Positions 9,883 to 19,636 are shown, counted from the first letter of the stretch. The stretch is 64,000 nt of DNA from Clostridia bacterium (GCA_045545475.1 JAZQAZ010000015.1:1-64000); one strand, 5' to 3'. A program made the numbers and translations. Notes: a model not told the origin generated them from the letters alone.

Positions 9883-10837
9883 GCTCTTCACCTCCCACAT
9901 ATTTAAGGAAAATATCCTCAAGGCTCATGGTATCAATACCGAAATACTTTACCGCAACATTTTTTTCAATAAGACGGCTCATAATTCCGCTTCTTATATC
10001 TTTTGTGGTATGTATTAAAGCTTCAGATACTCCTTCTTCTTCGGAAACGATTTCTATTTTTTCAATTCCGAAGGTTGCCGAAAACATCTTCATGATGGCT
10101 TCCGAAGTACACTCCGCCCTTAAGCGAAGACGTTTTACATCCTCAAACTCGGCTATAAGCTTATCCGTAAATGCTGCAGCGGCAATTCTTCCGCCGTTTA
10201 TAATTATTATTTTTTCGCATACCGCAGAAACCTCGGAAAGAATGTGAGAGCTTAAAATAACCGTATGCTCACGTCCAAGTTCTCTTATAAGGTTTCTTAT
10301 TTCAATTATCTGAACCGGATCAAGACCTACTGTGGGTTCATCAAGAATCAGTATTTCGGGATCTCCGATTAATGCCTGAGCAAGTCCTACTCTCTGGCAA
10401 TAACCTTTGGAGAGATTGCCGATAAGGCGACCCTTAACATCAAGAATACCGCAACGCTCACACACTTCATTGATATGTGCTTCCTTTTCACTTACCTCTC
10501 CCTTCTTTGCTTTGCCCGAAAGCTTTAAACCTTTAAGGTCGCATACGAAATCCAGATACTCCGAAACCGTCATATTGGTATAAAGCGGAGGCTTTTCAGG
10601 AAGATAACCGATATGTTTCTTAGCCTCTTTCGGATTTTCAGACATATCAATACCATCTATAAGAACACTTCCGGTATCTTGAGAAAGATATCCGGTTATT
10701 ATATTCATTGTGGTGCTTTTACCCGCTCCGTTGGCACCAAGGAATCCCATTACCTCTCCTTTTCCGACACGGAAGGTTATATTATCCAAAACCTTATGTG
10801 TGCCGAAACTCTTTGTCAGGCCTTTAATCTCTATCAT
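9866..10837 (-). CDS. ABC transporter ATP-binding protein, GldA-like
   Basis: Walker A GANGAGKS, signature LSKGYCQR, Walker B ILILDEPT, H-loop SSH. Confidence 0.9.
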   Translation of the reverse strand: MIEIKGLTKSFGTHKVLDNITFRVGKGEVMGFLGANGAGKSTTMNIITGYLSQDTGSVLIDGIDMSENPKEAKKHIGYLPEKPPLYTNMTVSEYLDFVCDLKGLKLSGKAKKGEVSEKEAHINEVCERCGILDVKGRLIGNLSKGYCQRVGLAQALIGDPEILILDEPTVGLDPVQIIEIRNLIRELGREHTVILSSHILSEVSAVCEKIIIINGGRIAAAAFTDKLIAEFEDVKRLRLRAECTSEAIMKMFSATFGIEKIEIVSEEEGVSEALIHTTKDIRSGIMSRLIEKNVAVKYFGIDTMSLEDIFLKYVGGEEREGNI

Positions 10838-10859
10838 GACAGTTAAGTCCCTCCGAAAA

Positions 10860-12623
10860 TTATTCAGTAACTTTAATATGAAGTTCGCTAAGCTGTGCTG
10901 CATCAACAACATCAGGTGCATTGCTCATAAGCTCAGATGCATTCTGTACCTTCGGGAATGCAACAACATCACGAAGGCTCTCCGCACCGCACATAATCAT
11001 GGAAATTCTATCAAGACCGATTCCCATACCGCCGTGGGGTGCAGCACCGTATTTGTATGCATCAACAAGGAATCCGAATTTTGCCTGGATTTCTTCTTCC
11101 TTAAGTCCCAGTGCCTCAAACATTCTCTGCTGAAGTGCTGCATCTGTGATACGGATAGATCCGCTGGAAAGCTCGGTTCCGTTAAGCACAAGGTCATACG
11201 CCTTTGCACGAACCTTGCCGGGATCTGTATCAAGATATTCTATGCACTCATCCATGGGCATTGTGAATGGGTGATGCATCGCATCCCAGTGATTTGTCTC
11301 TTCGTTATATTCAAAGAAGGGGAATTCAGTAATCCAGAGGAAATTAAATCCTTCGGGGATTATGTCAAGCTTCTTTGCAACAGTAAGACGAAGTGAACCG
11401 AGGGTGGATAAAACTGTGCTTGTCTTATCAGCAACGATTAATACGGTATCGCCTTTCTTTGCACCAAGCTCTTTTAAAATTGCAGAAAGCTCGCCTTCCT
11501 TTAAGAATTTGGAGAATGAGCATGTAGGTTCATCTTCAACCCAACGTACATAGGCAAGGCCTTTAGCACCTATTCCCTTTACATATTCTGTAAGCTTGTC
11601 AATTTCCTTACGGGTTAATACATCTGCACTTCCTTCGGCAACGATTGCACGAACAGAACCTCCATTTGCTATCGCTCCTGAGAATACGGAAAATTCAGAA
11701 TCCTTGACAAGGCGAGAAATATCTTTAAGTTCCATGCCGAATCTGGTATCGGGCTTATCAGAGCCGTAACGCTCCATGGCTTCCGCATAGGTCATTCTGG
11801 GAAGAGGTGTGGGAATGTCCTTATCGAGAACATCCTTAAAGAGTCTCTTAACCAATCCTTCTCCGATTTCCAATATATCCTCTACGTCAACAAAAGACAT
11901 TTCAAGGTCGATCTGTGTAAACTCGGGCTGACGGTCAGCACGAAGGTCCTCGTCACGGAAGCAGCGTGCAAGCTGAATGTAGCGGTCAAAACCGGAAATC
12001 ATCAAAAGCTGCTTGTAAATCTGAGGAGACTGAGGAAGAGCATAGAATTTACCCTCATGAATACGGGATGGCACGATATAGTCTCTTGCACCTTCGGGAG
12101 TGGACTTTATCATCATGGGAGTTTCAATTTCAATGAAGCCGTTTTCATAGAAATAGTCTCTTGCACTCTTTGCAATTTTACTTCTCTTAATGATGTTATC
12201 CTGAAGAACATTGCGACGAAGGTCAAGATAACGGTACTTAAGTCTTAATTCTTCGTTTACGTTGGTGTCGTCCTTAATTTCAAAGGGAGGTGTTTCAGCC
12301 TTTGCAAGGATTCTTAAATCCTTAACGTCGATTTCAACATTACCTGTCTTTATGTCGGGGTTCTTGCTTTCTCTTTCCCTTACAACGCCCTTTGCCATAA
12401 GTACATATTCGCTGTGGCAAGTTCCTGCCTTTTCAAATACGCTTCTATCTGTGTTATCGTCAAATGCAAGCTGAACAATACCTGTTCTGTCTCTTAAATC
12501 AATGAATATAAGTGTTCCCATATCACGGATTTTCTGAACGTATCCGCCAACTGTTACTTCCTTGCCTACCTCTAAAACCTCTCCGCAATAGCAAGTTCTC
12601 TTTAAACCTTTCATTGTATCCAT
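10860..12623 (-). CDS. aspS: Aspartate--tRNA ligase
   Basis: FIDLRDRTG, STPEGARDY, LPQSPQ, RCFRDEDLRADRQPEFTQID, PHGGMGIGLDR. Confidence 0.98.
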   Translation of the reverse strand: MDTMKGLKRTCYCGEVLEVGKEVTVGGYVQKIRDMGTLIFIDLRDRTGIVQLAFDDNTDRSVFEKAGTCHSEYVLMAKGVVRERESKNPDIKTGNVEIDVKDLRILAKAETPPFEIKDDTNVNEELRLKYRYLDLRRNVLQDNIIKRSKIAKSARDYFYENGFIEIETPMMIKSTPEGARDYIVPSRIHEGKFYALPQSPQIYKQLLMISGFDRYIQLARCFRDEDLRADRQPEFTQIDLEMSFVDVEDILEIGEGLVKRLFKDVLDKDIPTPLPRMTYAEAMERYGSDKPDTRFGMELKDISRLVKDSEFSVFSGAIANGGSVRAIVAEGSADVLTRKEIDKLTEYVKGIGAKGLAYVRWVEDEPTCSFSKFLKEGELSAILKELGAKKGDTVLIVADKTSTVLSTLGSLRLTVAKKLDIIPEGFNFLWITEFPFFEYNEETNHWDAMHHPFTMPMDECIEYLDTDPGKVRAKAYDLVLNGTELSSGSIRITDAALQQRMFEALGLKEEEIQAKFGFLVDAYKYGAAPHGGMGIGLDRISMIMCGAESLRDVVAFPKVQNASELMSNAPDVVDAAQLSELHIKVTE

Positions 12624-12642
12624 AAAAACTACCTTCTTTCGA

Positions 12643-13896
12643 TTAATTTAACACAAAATCTGAAAGCTCCGAAAGCATAACTTCCGTCTGCTCGCCTGTT
12701 TCCATATCTTTAACGTTTGCCTTTCCGGATGCTATTTCATTATCTCCAAGCACCACGGAATACTTTGCACCGATTTTGTCGGCATATTTCATCTGTGCCT
12801 TAACACTTCTTCCGAGAAGCTCAGAAGAAACAGAAATTCCCTTTTCCCTTAATTCATATGAAAGCTTTATGGCTGCTTTTTCCGCATCCTCTCCCATGTG
12901 AGCTATGAAAATATCCGGACCTGCATCTATCGGAAGAAACGCCCCTTCTGCCTCCATTGTCATAAGAAGTCTTTCTATACCCATTGCAAAGCCGATACCC
13001 GGTGTCGGATCTCCGCCGATGGTTTCCACAAGTCCGTCATAACGACCGCCGCCGCACACGGTGTTCTGTGCACCGATTTCAAGATTTGCCTTTATTTCAA
13101 ACACCGTTTTAGTGTAATAATCAAGACCTCTTACAATTGCCGTGTCTATATTATATTCAATTCCGAGATTTGTAAGGGATGATTTAACACCTTCAAAGTG
13201 GTCTCTGCACTCATCACAGATATAATCGATTAAAACAGGTGCTCCCGATGCGATTTTTCCGCAGATAGGACTCTTGCAGTCAAGAACTCGCAAAGGATTC
13301 TTTTCAAGTCTTCCAAGGCATGTTTCACAAAGCTCGTCCTTATATTCCGACAAGTACTCTCTGAGCTTTTCGTTATATACTTTACGACAGGAAGGACATC
13401 CTATTGAGTTTATATTTATCGTAATATTCTTTATGGAAAGTTCCTTTAAGAAAAGTGCCGCAAGACTTATTATCTCAGCGTCAATTGCAGGGCCCTTTGC
13501 ACCGTAAGCTTCAATTCCAAGCTGATGAAATTCCCTTAAACGTCCTGCCTGAGGCTTTTCGTGACGGTAGCAGGTTATATCATAGTAAAGCTTGTTTATG
13601 GGACTCTTCGCATATATGCCGTCCTCCAGAAAAGCTCTGGCCGCACCTGCAGTTCCCTCGGGACGGAGGGTTATGCTTCTGTCGCCCTTGTCGGCAAATG
13701 TATACATTTCCTTTTGCACAACGTCGGTTGTGTCACCCACACCACGCTGGAAAAGCTCGGTATATTCAAAAACGGGAGTTCTTATTTCCTTATAGTCAAA
13801 GCGACGGCAGATGTCGCGAAATTTACCCTGTACATAACGCCACTTTGAAACTTCCTCGGGAAGGATATCAAGAGTTCCCTTAGGTCTTTTAATCAT
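12643..13896 (-). CDS. hisS: Histidine--tRNA ligase
   Basis: PKGTLD, LRPEGTAG, GRLREFHQ, VRGLDYYT, GGGRYDGL; start at ATG 13896 after AAAGGA. Confidence 0.98.
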   Translation of the reverse strand: MIKRPKGTLDILPEEVSKWRYVQGKFRDICRRFDYKEIRTPVFEYTELFQRGVGDTTDVVQKEMYTFADKGDRSITLRPEGTAGAARAFLEDGIYAKSPINKLYYDITCYRHEKPQAGRLREFHQLGIEAYGAKGPAIDAEIISLAALFLKELSIKNITININSIGCPSCRKVYNEKLREYLSEYKDELCETCLGRLEKNPLRVLDCKSPICGKIASGAPVLIDYICDECRDHFEGVKSSLTNLGIEYNIDTAIVRGLDYYTKTVFEIKANLEIGAQNTVCGGGRYDGLVETIGGDPTPGIGFAMGIERLLMTMEAEGAFLPIDAGPDIFIAHMGEDAEKAAIKLSYELREKGISVSSELLGRSVKAQMKYADKIGAKYSVVLGDNEIASGKANVKDMETGEQTEVMLSELSDFVLN

Positions 13897-13971
13897 TGTT
13901 ATCATCCTTTCTGGCAAGGCACCTTAATGCCCGCACTTTTGCATACTATCACCATTATATTCTATCCTAAT

Positions 13972-14000
13972 ATTTTAATCTTTTTTCTTCATTTTGTCAA
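13972..14000 (-). promoter_or_regulatory. Sigma-A promoter of the hisS-aspS operon
   Basis: TTGACA-17 bp-TAAAAT on the minus strand. Confidence 0.7.
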
Positions 14001-14119
14001 GTAAAACAGCCCTTTATTCAAAAAAACTTCATTATTAAGGAAAAGTATTATTTTTTCTTTGTCACCCATTTATCCGTTTCCCATAAAATGGTATAAGATT
14101 CGGAAAAAGGAGTGTTTTT

Positions 14120-14968
14120 ATGAAAAAGCTGAAATTCACATTTGTAGGAGGAGATTTGCGTCTTGCCGCCGCACACTTTTTTATAAAGGAGTCGGGGTAT
14201 CTTTCCGATACCTTTTTGCTCGAAAAGGCTGAAACTATAGAAAAAAGTGACAAGTGCATAGTCTTCCCTGTTTCTGACATCTATGTTCTTCCCCTACCGG
14301 TGACTCAGGACAAATCCAATATCAATTCTCCCTTAAGCGACCTGTCGCTGTCCTTTGATGACTTTTTTTCCATGCTGCCAGAAAACGCAACAGTTTTCGG
14401 CGGAATGATTCCCGAGGAAATAAAAATTAAGGCTGAAAAATCCGGCATTCGCCTATATGATTATTATGATTCCGAAGAGCTTCAGATCAAAAACGCAGTT
14501 CCCACGGCAGAAGGTGCGATTGAAATTGCAATCCGTGAAATGCCCGTAACGCTTTTTGGCACAAAAACTCTTGTTATAGGTTCAGGCAGAATAGGAAAAG
14601 TATTATCCCCCATCCTTCGTGCTTTCGGCAGTCGTGTCACCGTTGCCGGCAGAAATCATGAAGCCTTAGTGTGGAACGAAATATATGGCTTTGATACTTT
14701 AAATACCGCTCTTATTTCCGAATCAATAAAAGAATATGACCTTATCATAAACACTGCCCCATCAAAAATAATAACGAAAGAAGTTTTATCCGGCTTAAAA
14801 AAAGATGCCCTTATAATAGATCTTGCCTCCCGTCCCGGAGGAGTTGATATGGATGCGGCAGCTCAGTTGGGCATCCGTGTAATATGGGCGTTGGGCCTTC
14901 CGGGCAAATGTGCCCCGGTTTCGGCAGGCCGCATCATCGGAAGCAGTGTTCTTAATTTACTTAAATAA
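14120..14968 (+). CDS. spoVFA: Dipicolinate synthase subunit A
   Basis: GGDLR, NAVPTAEGAI, GSGRIG, IDLASRPGGVD, ALGLPGK; adjacent to spoVFB. Confidence 0.92.
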   Translation: MKKLKFTFVGGDLRLAAAHFFIKESGYLSDTFLLEKAETIEKSDKCIVFPVSDIYVLPLPVTQDKSNINSPLSDLSLSFDDFFSMLPENATVFGGMIPEEIKIKAEKSGIRLYDYYDSEELQIKNAVPTAEGAIEIAIREMPVTLFGTKTLVIGSGRIGKVLSPILRAFGSRVTVAGRNHEALVWNEIYGFDTLNTALISESIKEYDLIINTAPSKIITKEVLSGLKKDALIIDLASRPGGVDMDAAAQLGIRVIWALGLPGKCAPVSAGRIIGSSVLNLLK

Positions 14969-14987
14969 TAAGTTCTGATAAAAGGAG

Positions 14988-15578
14988 GTGTTTTTTACGG
15001 AAAATGATGACAGATTAAAAGTCGGCTTTGCCATGACTGCCTCTTTTTGCACCTTTTCCAAGGTGATTCCTCAAATGGAAAAGTTAATGTCTTCTGGCAT
15101 TGATGTAATTCCCATAATGAGCGAAAAATCCACCTCGACCGACACAAGATTCGGCACGGCAGAAGACTTCATAAAAAGAATTAAAACCATAACCGGGCGA
15201 GATGTTTTAACAAAGGAAACGGAAGTTGAACCTCTCGGCCCGAAAAGAATAGTCGATGCTTTAATCATCGCTCCATGCTCGGGAGCCACCCTTGCCCGCC
15301 TTGCATCCGGTCTTCACGAAAACACGGTTACGCTGGCAGCAAAGTCGGTTCTTCGTAACAATTCTCCGGTAATTCTTGCCGTTTCCACCAATGACGGACT
15401 TTCTATGAGTGCAAAGAACATAGGTACCTTACTGAATTCCAAAAACATATTTTTTGTTCCCTTCGGTCAGGATGATCCGGAAAAAAAGCCACGCTCACTG
15501 GTTGCCGATATGGATAAAATTCTTCCAACGTTATCCTCCGCCATGGCAGGGCGGCAAATTCAGCCGATGTTGTATTAG
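14988..15578 (+). CDS. spoVFB: Dipicolinate synthase subunit B (start codon uncertain, see findings)
   Basis: GFAMTASFCT, TDTRFG, EPLGPK, AVSTNDGL, FVPFGQDDPEKKPRSL. Confidence 0.93.
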   Translation: MFFTENDDRLKVGFAMTASFCTFSKVIPQMEKLMSSGIDVIPIMSEKSTSTDTRFGTAEDFIKRIKTITGRDVLTKETEVEPLGPKRIVDALIIAPCSGATLARLASGLHENTVTLAAKSVLRNNSPVILAVSTNDGLSMSAKNIGTLLNSKNIFFVPFGQDDPEKKPRSLVADMDKILPTLSSAMAGRQIQPMLY

Positions 15579-15673
15579 ATTAAAAGGAGATGTAAAAAAA
15601 GTCCAGACCGCAAAAAGGCAAATAAATTAGTGGATTGGGTAAAGTTACAAACTCTATGTTGTAAAATAGTGTT

Positions 15674-15780
15674 GAAAAATCGCATTCCTGCGATTTTTCT
15701 TCATTTTAAGCCTTTTTGCTACGAACAAACTTCACCCTCAACGTATCTATATACGCCTTCGGGCGGTGCAGTTTGTCCGT
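15674..15780. repeat. Intergenic palindromic element (REP/MITE-like)
   Basis: GAAAAATCGCA-ttcc-TGCGATTTTTC (15674-15699), then a long hairpin ACGAACAAACT..CACC..CGTAT-ctat-ATACG..GGTG..AGTTTGTCCGT (15721-15780). Confidence 0.55.
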
Positions 15781-15806
15781 TCTGAAGCATTTTTTCCTAT
15801 CTCCTG

Positions 15807-15841
15807 AAAAAGGGGCTGTAATTATTTTACAGCCCCTTTTT
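15807..15841. terminator. Bidirectional intrinsic terminator
   Basis: AAAAAGGGGCTGTA...TACAGCCCCTTTTT between convergent spoVFB and nfnB. Confidence 0.8.
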
Positions 15842-17230
15842 TTATTTTTTATTTTTAATATAATCGTCTATTGCTTTTGCACTTTGCTTTCCTGCACCCA
15901 TGGCAAGAATTACGGTAGCGGCACCTGTTACCGCATCGCCTCCGGCATATACCCCTTCAATAGAGGTAAGTCCGGTATCGTCGTCTGCAACTATGCCTCC
16001 CCACTTCTTTGTTTCAAGCCCGTCCGTTGTGGACTTTATAAGAGGATTGGGACTTGTACCGATTGACATTATAACTGTGTCGCACTGGATTGAAAATTCT
16101 GAGCCTTCCTTAACAACAGGACTTCTTCTTCCGGATTCGTCAGGCTCTCCAAGCTCCATTTCAACGCATTTTATTCCGGATACATTGCCGTTTTCATCAC
16201 CCAGTATTTCCACAGGATTTGTTAAAAGCTTAAAGATTATACCTTCCTCCATAGCATGCTCTACTTCCTCACGACGTGCGGGAAGCTCGTCCATAGAACG
16301 GCGGTATATGATATAAACCTCGTCGGCGCCTAAGCGGAGTGCACACCTTGCGGCATCCATTGCAACGTTTCCGCCACCAACCACAGCACAGCGTTTACCT
16401 TTCTTTACAGGAGTCGCACTGTCTTCCTTATACGCCTTCATAAGATTGATCCTCGTAAGGAATTCGTTAGCCGAATATACTCCCTTTAAATTTTCTCCTG
16501 GGATATTCATAAATCTGGGAAGACCTGCTCCCGAGCCTATAAATATAGCATCAAATTCTTCTTTAAGTTCTGCTATTGTAATGGTTTTACCGACAACCGT
16601 ATTGGTTTCGATTTTTACGCCCATCGCCTTAAGGCCGTCAATTTCCTTTTCAACGATTTTTTTAGGCAGACGAAATTCCGGAATTCCGTAAACAAGTACG
16701 CCACCGGGAGTGTGAAGTGCTTCAAATACCGTTACATCATAGCCTTTTTTAGCCAGCTCTCCCGCACAGGTAAGTCCCGAAGGACCGGAGCCGATAACTG
16801 CCGCCTTAAAGCCGTTTTTCAGAGTTTCCTTTACGGATGCTTCCTCTTTTTTATTATGGTAGTCTGCCACAAATCTCTCCAGGCGACCGATTGCGACGCT
16901 TTCGCCCTTTATGCCTCTTACGCACTTACCCTCACACTGATTTTCCTGTGGGCACACTCTTCCGCAAACTGCAGGAAGTGAGCTTGCTTCGGCAATTATA
17001 TCATAAGCAGCGTCAAAATTTCCTTTTGCAACTTCCGCAATAAATTCGGGAATATGGATTTTAACCGGGCAGCCCAAAATGCATGGCTTATTTTTGCATG
17101 AAAGGCAACGCTTTGCCTCGTTAATTGCCGTTTCCTCATCGTAGCCTAACGCAACCTCAGAGAAGTTGCGGCTTCTTACCTTTGGATCCTGAAGCGGCAT
17201 TTCATATTTTGTCATTCTCATATCAGCCAT
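15842..17230 (-). CDS. nfnB: NfnB/SudA-type (GltD-like) electron-bifurcating transhydrogenase large subunit
   Basis: RCLSCKNKPCILGCP, CGRVCPQENQCE, GSGPSG, GGGNVAMDAAR, GGDAVTGAATVILAMGAG; no gltB nearby; paired with NfnA. Confidence 0.85.
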   Translation of the reverse strand: MADMRMTKYEMPLQDPKVRSRNFSEVALGYDEETAINEAKRCLSCKNKPCILGCPVKIHIPEFIAEVAKGNFDAAYDIIAEASSLPAVCGRVCPQENQCEGKCVRGIKGESVAIGRLERFVADYHNKKEEASVKETLKNGFKAAVIGSGPSGLTCAGELAKKGYDVTVFEALHTPGGVLVYGIPEFRLPKKIVEKEIDGLKAMGVKIETNTVVGKTITIAELKEEFDAIFIGSGAGLPRFMNIPGENLKGVYSANEFLTRINLMKAYKEDSATPVKKGKRCAVVGGGNVAMDAARCALRLGADEVYIIYRRSMDELPARREEVEHAMEEGIIFKLLTNPVEILGDENGNVSGIKCVEMELGEPDESGRRSPVVKEGSEFSIQCDTVIMSIGTSPNPLIKSTTDGLETKKWGGIVADDDTGLTSIEGVYAGGDAVTGAATVILAMGAGKQSAKAIDDYIKNKK

Positions 17231-18074
17231 TTACATCACCGCCTTTTTTAAGAAGATTGCAGCTTTCCTCGTGCCTTCTTCTCTCAAAATCCTTATACAT
17301 TGCGCCGCGCATCATTGCCTCGTCAAAGTCGATTAAATGACCGTCAAATTCAGGGCCGTCAACGCAGGCGAACTTAACCTCTCCGCCAACAGTAAGGCGG
17401 CAACCACCACACATTCCCGTTCCGTCAATCATAATAGGATTCATGCTGGCAACTGTTTTTATTCCGTATTCTTTTGTGAGAGCACAAACAAACTTCATCA
17501 TAATAAGAGGACCGATTGTAATTACTTCATCGTACTTATTTCCGTCTTCAATTAATTTTTTAAGACCGTCGGTAACAAGCCCTTTTTCCCCTTTTGAACC
17601 GTCGTCGGTCATAAGGGTAAAGGTACTTGAAGCAGCTTTAAATTCATCCTCTAAAATCACAAGTTCTTCACTGCGGAAGCCTGCAACAACGTCCACGTGG
17701 CAGCCCGATTCATAAAGCTTTTTAGCCACGGGATAGGCTATGGCACAGCCTACGCCGCCACCCACAATTGCCACCTTTTTAAGACCTTCTGTTTCTGTTG
17801 CTTTTCCGAGCGGCCCCGCAAAGTCAGAAATATAGTCCCCCTCAGAAAGAGCGTTAAGCTTTTCCGTAGTTTCTCCCACTATCTGAAAAATTATTGTAAC
17901 GGTTCCCTTATCTCTGTCAAAATCAGCGATGGTTAAAGGAATTCTCTCTCCTTCTTCATCCACTCTCAGGATAATAAACTGCCCCGGCTCCGCCTTTTTT
18001 GCCACACGGGGAGAAGCAATGTCCATAAGAGTAACCGTATTATTCAATGATTTTTTTCTTACAATTTTATACAT
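17223..18074 (-). CDS. nfnA: NfnA/SudB-type ferredoxin-NADP reductase-like small subunit
   Basis: PGQFIILR, GERIPLTIAD, GGGVG, MIDGTGMCGGCR...ACVDGPEF 2Fe-2S motif. Confidence 0.88.
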   Translation of the reverse strand: MYKIVRKKSLNNTVTLMDIASPRVAKKAEPGQFIILRVDEEGERIPLTIADFDRDKGTVTIIFQIVGETTEKLNALSEGDYISDFAGPLGKATETEGLKKVAIVGGGVGCAIAYPVAKKLYESGCHVDVVAGFRSEELVILEDEFKAASSTFTLMTDDGSKGEKGLVTDGLKKLIEDGNKYDEVITIGPLIMMKFVCALTKEYGIKTVASMNPIMIDGTGMCGGCRLTVGGEVKFACVDGPEFDGHLIDFDEAMMRGAMYKDFERRRHEESCNLLKKGGDVNG

Positions 18075-18103
18075 AAAAACACATCCGTTATCTGTAGTAG
18101 AGG

Positions 18104-18171
18104 TTGGCCCTTGCTTATAAAAACGCTTTTTCCGTCCTTATAAGCAAGGGCCAATCGCAAGCGATCAGCCC
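18104..18171 (-). terminator. Two overlapping hairpins between gdhA and nfnA
   Basis: 17-bp perfect IR TTGGCCCTTGCTTATAA (18104-18120/18138-18154) overlapping GGGCTGATCGC-tt-GCGATTGGCCC (18171-18148 on the minus strand). Confidence 0.6.
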
Positions 18172-18202
18172 TTTTTACATGATTTTATCTCAGGAATAAT
18201 TA

Positions 18203-19555
18203 TTATACACAACCCTGAGCCTTCATAGCCTCTGCAACCTTTATGAAGCCTGCAATGTTTGCACCTGCAACAAGGTCGTCGCCGAGACCATATTCATTTG
18301 CTGCCTTTACGGAAGCATCGAAAATATTCTTCATGATGGTCTTAAGCTTTTCATCAACTTCTTCAGCACTCCAGCTGTAACGCATGGAGTTCTGAGACAT
18401 TTCAAGACCGGATACAGATACGCCGCCTGCGTTAACTGCCTTGGAAGGAGCGATGATTACGCCGTTTTCCTTAAGGTATGCAACAGCTTCGTTTGTTGTG
18501 GGCATGTTGGAAACTTCAACATAGTACTTAATGCCGTTAGCAACGATTTTTTCTGCTTCAGCCATACCGACTTCATTCTGGGTTGCACAGGGCATAACAA
18601 TGTCAACCTTTGTACCCCAGGGCTTTTCACCCTTGAAGAAGGGAACGCCGAACTTATCAGCATAATCTTCAACACGGTTTCTGCAGGATGCTCTCATTTC
18701 AAGCATGAAGTTAATCTTTTCTTCTGTGCATACGCCGTCTTCATCGTATATGTAACCGTCGGGACCGGAGATTGTTACAACCTTACCGCCGAGCTCGGTT
18801 ATCTTCTTAACTGTACCCCATGCAACGTTACCGAAACCGGAAATTGCAAAGGTCTTGCCCTTTATGTCATCGCCGAAGTGCTTGAGCATTTCAACTGTAT
18901 AGTAAACTGCACCAAAGCCTGTTGCTTCGGGACGGATTAAAGAACCGCCGTAGGGAATTCCCTTACCTGTAAGAACGCCTGTAAATTCGTTCTTAAGTCT
19001 CTTATACTGACCGAAAAGGTATCCGATTTCTCTTGCACCTACACCGATGTCACCTGCGGGAACGTCAAGGTCAGCACCGATATGTCTGTAAAGCTCTGTC
19101 ATAAAGCTCTGACAAAAACGCATAACTTCAGCATCAGACTTACCCTGAGGATCAAAGTCAGATCCGCCTTTACCGCCACCCATGGGAAGGGATGTCAAGC
19201 TGTTTTTAAATGTCTGCTCAAAGCCTAAGAACTTAATGATACCGGAATATACGTTGGGAGCAAAACGAAGGCCGCCCTTATAAGGACCTATAGCAGAGTT
19301 AAACTGCACTCTGAACCCTCTGTTTACCTGAACCTTACCGTTGTCGTCAACCCAGGGAACACGGAATGTAATCTGACGCTCAGGTTCAACCATTCTCTCA
19401 ACTACGCCTGCATCAATTAAATCCTGTCTCTGCTCAATTACGGGTTCGATTGTTTCGAGTACCTCCGTAACCGTCTGAATAAACTCAGGTTCTCCTTCGT
19501 TTCTCTTCTTAACTTGTTCCAATACATCGATTAAATACTGGTTTTTCAAGCTCAT
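18203..19555 (-). CDS. gdhA: NADP-specific glutamate dehydrogenase
   Basis: GPYKGGLRF, LPMGGGKGGSDF, DVPAGDIGVG, RPEATGFG, GFGNV, NAGGVSVSGLEMSQN. Confidence 0.96.
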   Translation of the reverse strand: MSLKNQYLIDVLEQVKKRNEGEPEFIQTVTEVLETIEPVIEQRQDLIDAGVVERMVEPERQITFRVPWVDDNGKVQVNRGFRVQFNSAIGPYKGGLRFAPNVYSGIIKFLGFEQTFKNSLTSLPMGGGKGGSDFDPQGKSDAEVMRFCQSFMTELYRHIGADLDVPAGDIGVGAREIGYLFGQYKRLKNEFTGVLTGKGIPYGGSLIRPEATGFGAVYYTVEMLKHFGDDIKGKTFAISGFGNVAWGTVKKITELGGKVVTISGPDGYIYDEDGVCTEEKINFMLEMRASCRNRVEDYADKFGVPFFKGEKPWGTKVDIVMPCATQNEVGMAEAEKIVANGIKYYVEVSNMPTTNEAVAYLKENGVIIAPSKAVNAGGVSVSGLEMSQNSMRYSWSAEEVDEKLKTIMKNIFDASVKAANEYGLGDDLVAGANIAGFIKVAEAMKAQGCV

Positions 19556-19607
19556 AATGATACCTCCAAAATACAAAACTTCCAATAATAACTTATTGTT
19601 GCATAAC

Positions 19608-19636
19608 AGTATATATTATTTTTTTCGACATGTCAA
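19608..19636 (-). promoter_or_regulatory. Sigma-A promoter of gdhA
   Basis: TTGACA-17 bp-TATACT on the minus strand. Confidence 0.75.

Noticed and set aside
10710-11396. Long antisense ORFs (e.g. 10710-11396, 34264-34815, 42737-43420, 5052-5546)
   Set aside because: They are shadows of well-supported opposite-strand genes, with no SD or recognisable motif.
15842-17230. Glutamate synthase small subunit gltD
   Set aside because: No gltB large subunit is present, and pairing with an NfnA-like gene indicates NfnAB.
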